From: Macrostomum lignano
Taxonomy: Eukaryota
Reading direction: 5' to 3'
DNA length: 64,000 nt
NCBI GenBank assembly: GCA_002269645.1
Contig: NIVC01000749.1
Coordinates: 1 to 64,000, forward strand
Under the pieces are notes generated by a model, which worked only from the letters and a program-made list of their open reading frames with translations, searched no databases and had not been told where the DNA came from. A program made the position numbers and the translations under genes. The first letter of the stretch is position 1; every line of letters starts with the position of its first letter. This document shows positions 11,335 to 21,261 of the stretch, piece by piece.

Positions 11335-12720
11335 GTGAGATCCGACTACGACACACCCAAGCCAACCGCTCTTTCGAGAACGTCGGCCAGCAACTACGAC
11401 GAGATCAACATGTTCAACGAGCGAGACGAGAGCCGGTGCAGCAGCCGGCTAGATCAGCACGTCAGCAGTTCGAGGCCTGCGGCAGCAGACGCCGCCGCGG
11501 CAGCAGCAGTGAGCAACGACTTCTGTCAGCAACCGACGCCGAGGCGAGGTGCGAGAAGCGATGTTCCCGACGACCCACCAGACGATCTTTTGCAAGGCCT
11601 GGACAACATTGGCCAGAACATCACGAACCAGGACGTGAGGACCATGACTGCAGTCCTGCAGCAACAGATGGAGCGGACCGTGAGTAAATAAGTTAAGATT
11701 TTTAAATTTACTGCAAGTCAGGGCATTCATGTCTGGCTTGCCGCGTTCGAGCAGCGTTGCAATGTGGAGCGCATCGTCGACCCGTTCGAGATGAAGCAAC
11801 ACCTCATCGCGAGTCTTGACTTAGCTACTGCGTATACTGCCTTGCTTGGTATGAATCTTCCGCGCTTCGCCAGTACGAGGAGGTTAAACAACGTCTGATA
11901 AAGCGATTTGCCCGTCATGGTGGTGCTGATGAGTACCGAGAATTGCTGCGACGTCGTCAAGGCAAGAATGAGTCAGCAGAAGAGTTTGCTGACGCCTTGA
12001 GAATTCTTGGTGAACGTGCGTATCCTCGAATGCACCCTGAAGACCGCGAGAAGGAACTTGCCGATCAATTTCTTGCTGGTATCCGGACGACTCAAGACTT
12101 GCGTGAACGGCTTTACTGGATTCGCCCAAATAATCTTCTCGCCGCGATTCGTGAACTACGACGACTAGAAGGCGCCAAAGAGTTGGCGCAGCGATCCGCT
12201 CAACCCCCGGTTCGGATGTTTGACGGGGAGCAGGACGGCGACCCGAAGCCCGACGTCACCGCCCAAGCCTTGCTAACTCCAACCGATTTGATCGAGAAGC
12301 AGCAGCGACTGCTTGATCACCTGGTGCAGCGTGACCAACAGCAGACAGCAAGCCCGTCATCGAAGGCTGTGATCTGCTACGGATGAGGACAGCCCGGTCA
12401 CCGAAGTGCACAATGCCAGTTTCGCCAGAACCAGGGAAACGGCCAGCCGGAGAGCGACAACGGCACCACCCTCCGAGAGGTCCAAGCCAAGGCTACTTGG
12501 CAGACTCCGAGAGATCACCAGAAGAAGAGAATGTCGGCTGTGCAGGCGCCAATGCCCAGTCCGACAGTCGCTCGTCAGTAAGTGACGCGGAGTGCGGAGG
12601 TTTCGTGGACACCTCCCTGAATAAAAAAATCCATGCGCATGAGGCCGATCCGTACGTCACAGGCCGAGTAGCGAGTCGAGAGGTCCCTTTCTTGCTAGAC
12701 AGCAGCAGCCAAAAAAAATT
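11335..12720 (+). pseudogene. Gypsy gag-protease remnant
   Basis: Gag helical-domain motifs, CCHC knuckle with a Cys-to-stop change, GGGAAAC at the gag end, and YVTGRV...VPFLLDS; frameshifts present. Confidence 0.75.
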
Positions 12721-14692
12721 TCCTTGGTTCGTCAACCTGGGCCGCTATTACACCTCGGATGCCTCGTTGTATTATATCGCATGCTATATTCCCGATTGCG
12801 TAACTATGTATGATGGGACGCAGCTCCCTCTTGCTTGCAGGGTGTCCGCCGCGTCAAGCAGATCTCTCTAAAGGGCCAGGCTGCCCCGCAGGTGCCCATC
12901 TCCGACGGGATCGCCCGCAGCATTGCCATGATTCACAAACAGGTTGAGGCAGACATGGCTTAGGAAGCCGCAGCCGCCAACCAGGAGCAGTCCAAGCCCA
13001 CGCCAGCTAGCCTCGAAACGACGGGCCGTGAGCATCGCCGTTCCCGAACTGCAGCTCACATCTTCATAGACCTGACAGAGCCGGAGACTCCGATGCCTCG
13101 TCCCGAGAGCGAGATAACCCAGGCCGGCTCTTCCGTCACTGAGGTCGTGGCGAAGAGTGTCGCTACAGCTTCAGCATCACCGATCAGCGGCAAGCGGGTC
13201 AGCGGCGTTGGTGACCAAGGCCGAGCGACGAGACGCCCGACCGGAGACGTCCGCTGACGCTGGCGGACCACTGGCGGACACTAGTTTCTTTTGTAGGGTC
13301 GGCTAGGAGCGTCGGATAGAGCCGGCCTCACCACCTCGTGAGGACGAGACCTGACTGCCAACGGTCCCAGAGCCCGAGGTCTCGGAGGACCCAGAGCAAG
13401 CCGAGGCTGCCTGCCAGACCGAAGACCTCCCCGAAAGCCGAGATCCCTATGCGGCCGCCTGGACCGAGCTGGCTACGGAGGTCCGCCGGGCCCTGGCCCC
13501 CGGCCATTCGGAACCCCCAGCGCCGCCGAATTCGCCGGATCCGCAGGCGGCGGTCTCGGGAACGGCCAGAGACGACGATGGAGAGCCAGTGCCGGCGAAC
13601 CTCGCGCCAGAGGTCCAAGCCGCCGTCAATCACTACATCAAGGCGGTGGATTACCGGGCTCAATTACTGACGGGCGCCGCTCAGCTGGGCACCCTGCCAA
13701 CCCTTGCGGGGTGGCCACGGTGGGCCAGCCTCCGTGCCCTGAGTGACGACGACCGATAGCGGCTGATGGACGAGGCCGCCCAGCTGTCCGCGCCAACCCT
13801 GCGAAACCCACCGCACCGGGAGACGGCCCGCACAGTCACCCGCTTGATCGCTGGCCGGGCTCCCGAGGTTCCGGACATTGTGCGGATGTGCGACCGGGTA
13901 CCAAGGCTAAGCCGCGTGTGCTCATGACAGTGACCAGGAGAGACTAGTTAATCGGCACTGGCCCTTTCCCCTTTTAACTTGCCTAGGCCTGTGCTTGAAG
14001 GCGCATTTCGTTCGCTCCCAATCTCTAGCCCCTTTTTCTGCAGTCCAGGGGCAACTGCATTGCGTACAAGCCTTTGAATCTCGGGTTTTCTTTACGGTTA
14101 GCCCGGCCGCATTTAACCCGTAAATTCGCCTTTTACGAGGTATTTTCCCCTTTCTGCCTTCCTCGGAAGCGCCCATTGATCCCGCGGGCTCTGCCAATTG
14201 ACTCCCGGCATCCCACCATATTTAGGCGCTAATTTTCTGGGCCGGCGCCCCCAACCTGCTACTGAATTTTAATTTTTGCTGCCATTGTGCCCGAGAGGCT
14301 GGCCCGAGAGGCTTGCCAGCCTCTTCGTTTTTAATCTCCATTTTAGGGCTCTGCCTTGGCGCGGGCAACAACTTTTAGGCCTCCGGTGCTGCGTAGGTTT
14401 GCCAACTTTTAAGCAACGTCTGCTGCCCTATTTTTTAGCCTCCCGGGCTCTGCCAGCCTTTAAGGCATCCCGCCATATTTAGGCGCCTTTGCTTCGCAGG
14501 GGCTGGCGCCCCCCGCTACGCCATTTCGGGCTACAATCCCGGCCTTGGCCCAGCCGTGCAATAATTCTGCAAGACAATTTTTAAGTTTGCTAAATAAATT
14601 TGCCAGACATTTTTAAGTAAACCCATTATTTTCAACTATTAAATAAAAGCACGCTCCGCTTTCACTTCGCCTCTTTATTTGAACGGGAAGAG

Positions 14693-15131
14693 TGTGAGTG
14701 AGCCGCTAGTTTATTCATCTAAAGTCATCCGTTCTCTAAGTGTCTGAAACGCCCGTTCTGCGTCTGCGTACATTTAATTTCCTATAATTGGTCTGACTGA
14801 GACCCCTCTAAAGCTAACCCCGAGCCTACGGCAGGCTAACACAGCCCTCCAATCCACCCACCAAGCCCCCACCAGGCGAGCGAGACGCTTTAAGGATCTG
14901 CTGATGAGACGCCCTGTACGTTGAGCTGCAAATCTGCACACGGTGCTGAGTTCGTTGACTTGTTTATTTCGTTCCGACGGGAAGCTAACCTCATCGAAAG
15001 CCGAGACCATGAAGGAACTGGTGGCAGCACTACCTACGCTACTAAGAGCTAAGAATGCTTCCGATAGAAGAGGCTCGAGACTTAAGGTAAACTTAAGTGC
15101 CTAAACCGGGAAGCCAACAGCGTCTACTTCA
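14693..15131 (+). repeat. 3' LTR (439 bp, internally deleted relative to the 5' LTR)
   Basis: Same first ~19 nt and last ~408 nt as the 5' LTR; lacks the counterpart of 10460-10911. Confidence 0.85.
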
Positions 15132-16247
15132 ATATCCAGTTCTTCAGACTCTGATGATTTTCGTTTGGGTCTAGAAGATGCAACCCATGGACATGCAGAA
15201 GATTGGCAACCACGAGTGACTTCGAGTCCAATTCTATTTGACCAATCAGATTCACACTCAAGTGGGTCATTGCAGGACTCGAGCATCTCGTCGTCAGAAG
15301 GCTTGTTTGGGAATGCGACAATGAGTGTTGGTTAGTTTAAAAGACGGTTTACATCACTAGTTGCAAGCAAGCGTGTCAATGACACAACTGCCGCTGCCTT
15401 TCTTGGCCACTGTGCCAAAACGTTAGCATGATAAGCAGTCACTTCCTCAATCTTGCAACTTACAAAATCGCTTCTCCAGCCATGCAGCTTGGCACATAAC
15501 ACAGCATATGGCGGAACCAGCCGCCACACTTCACAGACATGACTTCTGCCGTCGCCTCCTCCGCAATTCTATTCAGAACAACTTAGGCCAACAACTTAGG
15601 CCAACTTAGGCCAACCTAGTGCGATACATTCTTGCACCTTAATTTTTCCTCTTAATACTTTTGTGCCTATTTTTCATTTTTAACTATAATTTCAAAGCAC
15701 AACGTACATGTACATTCGTTAGTTTCTTTTTTGTTTTTAGTTGTATGTTTTCATACTTTCTTTAATATTTGGAATTTTATCAAAATATCAATTATGTTAA
15801 CCAATCACGTTTTTATATTTCAACTGTCTTGTTAGTTTTTAAAGAAAGACAAATATACATCTTCTTGCATCGAATATCAACTTTTTCAAAAGTTGCAACT
15901 GCGCCCTTGTAATGTGCCCTTCGGTTTGAATTAAAAAAATTTGAATATGTGGCTAGTTCGTCAGTTATTTTTTGGTCCTCACTGAAGCTCTCTCGATGTA
16001 TAGGCTTCATAGGCTCTCATTGTTAAGCGTGTTGCGTTTGCTTAATAAACAAAATTTTTATAAACGTTCTAGACGTTCTGTCAATTTATATATATAAATA
16101 TATACATATACAATATTGTATATGTATATATTTAGCAGAGAAAGCGAGGATCAGCGATTGGCTATTTGCTCAGTGCACTACTCCAAGTAGGATAGTACAA
16201 AAGTTATGTAACATGATAATTGCAATAAAATTGCTATTTACAAGAAA

Positions 16248-17326
16248 GGGGATGTCAACTTAAGCACCAGAATGGAGCCCGAAGTTCAGCTCCGGACCAA
16301 ACCGACTGCAATCGATAACTTGTCGGCCCAGACGACTAGAATCGCCGAGACATCCCATCCGGCTCCCTTCCTTGGGGTCCCAGGGGATAAAGGGGATAAA
16401 ATGGGGATCTCATGTCAACTTAAGGCTCTGGAATGGAGCCCGAAGTTCAGCTCCGGACCAAACCGACTGCAATCGATAACTTGTCGGCCCAGACGACTAG
16501 AATCGCCGAGACATCCCATCCGGCTCCCTTCCTTGGGGTCCCAGGGGATAAAGGGGATAAAATGGGGATCTCATGTCAACTTAAGGCCCTGGAATGGAGC
16601 CCGAAGTTCAGCTCCGGACCAAACCGACTGCAATCGATAACTTGTCGGCCCAGACGACTAGAATCGCCGAGACATCCCATCCGGCTCCCTTCCTTGGGGT
16701 CCCAGGGGATAAAGGGGATAAAATGGGGATCTCATGTCAACTTAAGGCTCTGGAATGGAGCCCGAAGTTCAGCTCCGGACCAAACCGACTGCAATCGATA
16801 AGTTGTCGGCCCAGACGACTAGAATCGCCGAGACATCCCATCCGGCTCCCTTCCTTGGGGTCCCAGGGATAAAGGGGATAAAATGGGGATCTCATGTCAA
16901 CTTAAGGCCCTGGAATGGAGCCCGAAGTTCAGCTCCGGACCAAACCGACTGCAATCGATAACTTGTCGGCCCAGACGACTAGAATCGCCGAGACATCCCA
17001 TCTGGCTCCCTTCCTTGGGGTCCCAGGGGATAAAGGGGATAAAATGGGGATCTCATGTCAACTTAAGGCCCTGGAATGGAGCCCGAAGTTCAGCTCCGGA
17101 CCAAACCGACTGCAATCGATAAGTTGTCGGCCCAGACGACTAGAATCGCCGAGACATCCCATCCGGCTCCCTTCCTTGGGGTCCCAGGGGATAAAGGGGA
17201 TAAAATGGGGATCTCATGTCAACTTAAGGCTCTGGAATGGAGCCCGAAGTTCAGCTCCGGACCAAACCGACTGCAATCGATAACTTGTCGGCCCAGACGA
17301 CTAGAATCGCCGAGACATCCCATCCG
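16248..17326 (+). repeat. 161-bp tandem array, ~7 units (left arm)
   Basis: atggagcccgaag recurs at 16272, 16433, 16594, 16755, 16915, 17076 and 17237. Confidence 0.97.
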
Positions 17327-17641
17327 GTTTCAAGTGACGAAGCTCTATTCTATTCGAATATCGCATTAGCGGGTGTATTTTATTTTAGCTATTATATATT
17401 GTTTGCATTGTAATATTTCCGTCGTTTAATTTTTCCGGATTTTTGAGAATGTTTTCGCGGTTTTGATTTGACCACTTTAGGCGAGAGATTTTTGATACTG
17501 TGCGTCAAGTATTTGTAGCATTAGTTTAAGTGATATATTTTAAGTGATATATTAATGAAGTTAAGGTTTTGGTCAGTTTTTCTTACTTAGTTTTATGACA
17601 GGTGCAGATTTGTTGCAGATTGCGTTTTATACTTGCTAGTA

Positions 17642-20578
17642 ATGTCCGATTTTACTTGCTCTCAATGTGGTCATCAATTCAGCAAAGCAGCCAATTTGAA
17701 CCGACATCTCGAAACGACTAGATGTGGTCGCTGCTCATCTGAATCGTCTGGAGCCTTCGCGCCTCCGAGAAACGCACGAGAGGCGCTTCAGTTTCTTGCG
17801 GTCGGTGGTAAGTATGTGAAAGTTTTTTTGAACCCAAACCTTTTTCCACGAACCGCAAATGAGAAGGAGTTCAAACGTATTTGCGGTCTTAGCTATAGTG
17901 ATTTCGATAGCTTCTCAGAAATGTTACCAGAAGTATCTCGCCTTCGTATTTTGACAAAGCCATCTCGAATATTTTTGTACCTGAAGAAGCTTCGCCAAGG
18001 TTGCAGCTTTCAATCATTAGCTTTCGATTTCAACATTTCTGCCCAAAGAGCATGCGACATTTTTTGGGAGATTGCCAAGGAGCAGTACCTACGGGATCCA
18101 TATCAACCGAGGTCGATAGCGTCGACTCCGATTCAGACTCTGCTTGAGGAAAATGTAGTACGCGATCAATTTATTCTCGGTGTATTTCACACACTACTCA
18201 AAGGCAAGAAGCTTGTTCTTCTAGTGGGTGATCATACTTACTTTTATCTCCCTAAGAGCAGCTCACACCACACGCAAATTCGAACTTACTTTTCCGGCAA
18301 GAAAATGAATGTGAACAAAAAAATGGCGGTTGTCAACAGTAGAGGAAAAATTATCTACACCGCTCCCCTTACCGCCGCTATCTCGCCAACAATGGGCGAT
18401 GGGAATTTGACTGCAATGCAAGTTGACATGGAGGCTGAAGGACTAATAGAGCCCATTTTGTTGCGCATTCTGTGCTCTGTACAGAAAGATTATCACGTTA
18501 TTGGCATTTTCGACAAAGGTTACAGCCACCAACTTTGTTCACCAACTTCGGTTAACTTCCGCGACTTTATAGAGACTAATAGTAAAGGCTGCACGACGCT
18601 TCTATTTCCGACCAGTCCAGGTGACCGAGTTCTAAACGAGCAGTTTGAATTTGTAAATAATGAGGCTCCTGTTGGTGACCGATCAATACCAGGAAAGCTT
18701 ACATCAATCGAAGCAAATACAAGTCGCTGCGCTACGCTTTTCCGTTATCTCGTAGAATGTAGCTTTGCTGCAATCAAGCAGGACAAATGCATAAATGAGC
18801 GACAGGAGCCGTACCAATGGCTACATGCCCCAGAGTTTACCGAACGCAGCCGGCTCGATGTTGTTATTGAAAACTCCATGGCAAAATTCAACCGTTCGCA
18901 TCCAGGATTTCAAGCTACAAGGAGTCTGCCGCCGTCATGGTCAGATTGCTCCATGTTCGAATACGGACGGAACTTTGCTAAACGTCTTTTCATTGCGAAT
19001 GAGCTAGACGAAATTGAGCAACTTGAGTACAATTGCGATTTGACTCGAATACCAACGAGTTCTACCCGAAAATGGACAGCAGTGGATCCCCTGGACCCTG
19101 AAAGTTCAGGGTTCCCCAGCGTTGACGAAAGAAATCTGGAAGAGCTTAGCATCGGCCCATACCACGTTCTTCAGTCAAAACGCTACATCGAAAACGTCAG
19201 AGTTCATGAGGTGCTCAGTAGCTACGCTGGAGACTCGTGGCGCGATTTCGAATTGTTGATTTCTGAACTGCCAAGCCATTTAAAATGCTGGAAGTTTCAT
19301 CAGCGAGCGCCACCAAAGGGGTGGAGCAGTAAGTTTGGAGAATGGAGGCCATCTTGGATATATTTAGCCGTTCTTCATTCCCGTCATCGGTCAAAAACTT
19401 ACCGAGTTGTCCTTCGTATTTGCGAAACTGCAAGTGGTAACCGATTCGGATTTCGTGACTCGGGGCTGCTGCGTCTGCATGGCTACTTTTCATCCTCAAA
19501 GGCCGGAAGCAGGACAGCAGGGTGTGACAGTCATGTTATGGCTGTGGTTAGAATGCTAGGCTGTTATGCATATCACCCCGAAAGCTACAACATGTGCGGC
19601 AGCAGCTTCCGATTTATTGACAGTGCTTTGCCAAAAGCACTGATTGCCAATCTTTACAATGATCAATCTGGTGGTCATCCAGCTCCAAATGCACCTCGCA
19701 GAGACAGTGCTGAATCGCAGCAAGATGAACAGAGGCACAGTTCAAATGCTACTGGTTCATTGAATTCGCCGAAGAAGTTATTTGGGTTGCCAAATAATGG
19801 CCTGCAGTGCTACGCAAATGCAGCAGTGCAATTGTTTCTCTGCCTGCATTCTAATGGATGCATTTTAAAAGAGACTAGCAACGACCAAGTCCATCGAGAG
19901 CTGCTTCGTCTTCTGACGGAGATGCAACAGCGGTCTGCAACAGTCACTCCACTGTTAACGGCAGTTCGGTTGCAACATCCAGATTCATTTCAAACAAATC
20001 AGCACCATTGCGTCAACGAATTTGTTCAAACGCTTCTAATACATCTGGAATTTCTGTCATCAGATGCTTTCACAGAATTTTCACTCATTCAAACTTGTCG
20101 GGATTGCCAGCGCACAAGTGCTGAAGTTCCTGTTGGCACAATCGATAACAGAGTGATTTGCATTCCTCTCTGTCAATTTGAGCGCTCAATTGTCAGTTTA
20201 GACAAAATCTTCTGCGCTTTTGTCGCTCCTCAGGTAGTGAAATGTTCGGACGCCAATTGCCTGGGCGATTGTAATCAAGAGATCGTAGTAACACCTGGAA
20301 AGTTTACCCTGATATATCTTGATCGTGCTAGTATGGATGGCCACCTTAAGCTTCAAACTCCTGTAAGCTTTTCTTCAAGGTCAGGGGGTGTTTCTACACT
20401 TGGTAAGCCAGTGGCCACAATATCACACCATGGAAACCGACTGAAATCGGGACATTTCACAGCAAGCGTACTGAGCTGTGTGTGGACGAGAATTGACGAC
20501 ATGAAAGTTACGTCAGACTATAACCCGTTCGTACGTGAGCCTGAGTGCATCGTGCTCGTTGCACTTTTAAACTCGTAA
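17642..20578 (+). CDS. C2H2-HTH-DDE (DDE_Tnp_4-like) transposase fused to a degenerate SWIM finger and a USP/peptidase C19 deubiquitinase domain (978 aa from the ATG)
   Basis: CSQC...RHLETTRC; LRQGCSFQSLAFDFNIS (HTH); D in GDHTY (18230), D in IFDKGY (18512), E in LVECSF (18755); KAGSRTAGCDSHV (SWIM-like); GLPNNGLQCYANAAVQ (Cys 19808), CRDC...CSDANC, SHHGNRLKSGHFTA (His 20453), WTRIDD (Asp 20495). Uninterrupted ORF. Confidence 0.88.
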   Translation: MSDFTCSQCGHQFSKAANLNRHLETTRCGRCSSESSGAFAPPRNAREALQFLAVGGKYVKVFLNPNLFPRTANEKEFKRICGLSYSDFDSFSEMLPEVSRLRILTKPSRIFLYLKKLRQGCSFQSLAFDFNISAQRACDIFWEIAKEQYLRDPYQPRSIASTPIQTLLEENVVRDQFILGVFHTLLKGKKLVLLVGDHTYFYLPKSSSHHTQIRTYFSGKKMNVNKKMAVVNSRGKIIYTAPLTAAISPTMGDGNLTAMQVDMEAEGLIEPILLRILCSVQKDYHVIGIFDKGYSHQLCSPTSVNFRDFIETNSKGCTTLLFPTSPGDRVLNEQFEFVNNEAPVGDRSIPGKLTSIEANTSRCATLFRYLVECSFAAIKQDKCINERQEPYQWLHAPEFTERSRLDVVIENSMAKFNRSHPGFQATRSLPPSWSDCSMFEYGRNFAKRLFIANELDEIEQLEYNCDLTRIPTSSTRKWTAVDPLDPESSGFPSVDERNLEELSIGPYHVLQSKRYIENVRVHEVLSSYAGDSWRDFELLISELPSHLKCWKFHQRAPPKGWSSKFGEWRPSWIYLAVLHSRHRSKTYRVVLRICETASGNRFGFRDSGLLRLHGYFSSSKAGSRTAGCDSHVMAVVRMLGCYAYHPESYNMCGSSFRFIDSALPKALIANLYNDQSGGHPAPNAPRRDSAESQQDEQRHSSNATGSLNSPKKLFGLPNNGLQCYANAAVQLFLCLHSNGCILKETSNDQVHRELLRLLTEMQQRSATVTPLLTAVRLQHPDSFQTNQHHCVNEFVQTLLIHLEFLSSDAFTEFSLIQTCRDCQRTSAEVPVGTIDNRVICIPLCQFERSIVSLDKIFCAFVAPQVVKCSDANCLGDCNQEIVVTPGKFTLIYLDRASMDGHLKLQTPVSFSSRSGGVSTLGKPVATISHHGNRLKSGHFTASVLSCVWTRIDDMKVTSDYNPFVREPECIVLVALLNS

Positions 20579-21261
20579 AAGCATTTTTAGCGAAAATACA
20601 ATTGTTTTAAGCGAGTGTACTGTACGTTTTGTATTGCAGATTTTAAAGGACATGCAGATTAAGAAACAATGTCATCTCACGCATTCTTTACGTACCATAG
20701 GTTACATGTGAAGATAATTCAGACTGACATCAAATAACAAAAGCTTTGAATTAGTTGTTTCAATTTCTTTTAGACTCACAATTAACTAAAAATTGGAAGT
20801 ATTTTTTACTGAAGCAAAGAACTTAAACCCAAAAACCGTTTCTTAGGACTGAGAAACTTTTGCAATTATGATTTTACTAAGCTTTGCGTGAGAGGCGTTA
20901 CTTTATTTGCTTAAAAACGTGTGCTGCTTTGCATGACATGCTTTGTTTTTATTACTTTGATAACTTGTACAGCTTTGCATGATATGCTTTGTATCCATTA
21001 CGTCATAACTTGTACAGCCTTGCGTGATATTCTTTATTTTACCAATATACATGGTTTCGGTTTATCGTCAAAAGTTCTGCTTACTAATAACCAAACGAAT
21101 TTACAAGTTAATTTTTTCAAACTGAGTTTCCAGATCAGCATTTTTAACAGGTTTCGATACGAGCAAATCATTTTTATTACTTAACAATCAATATATAATA
21201 GCTGAAATAAAATACACCCGCTAATGCGATATTCGAATTGAATAGAGCTTCGTCACTTGAA

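Larger units (their letters stand above)
10441..15131 (+). mobile_element. Non-autonomous Gypsy-type LTR retrotransposon with both LTRs and 4-bp TSD
   Basis: TG...CA LTRs at 10441-11320 and 14693-15131; ATAT duplicated at 10437-40 and 15132-35; purine tract gaacgggaagag before the 3' LTR; internal gag (RQGKNESAEEFADAL), broken zinc knuckle (CYG*GQPGHRSAQC) and protease remnant (FLLDS); no RT or integrase seen. Confidence 0.88.
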
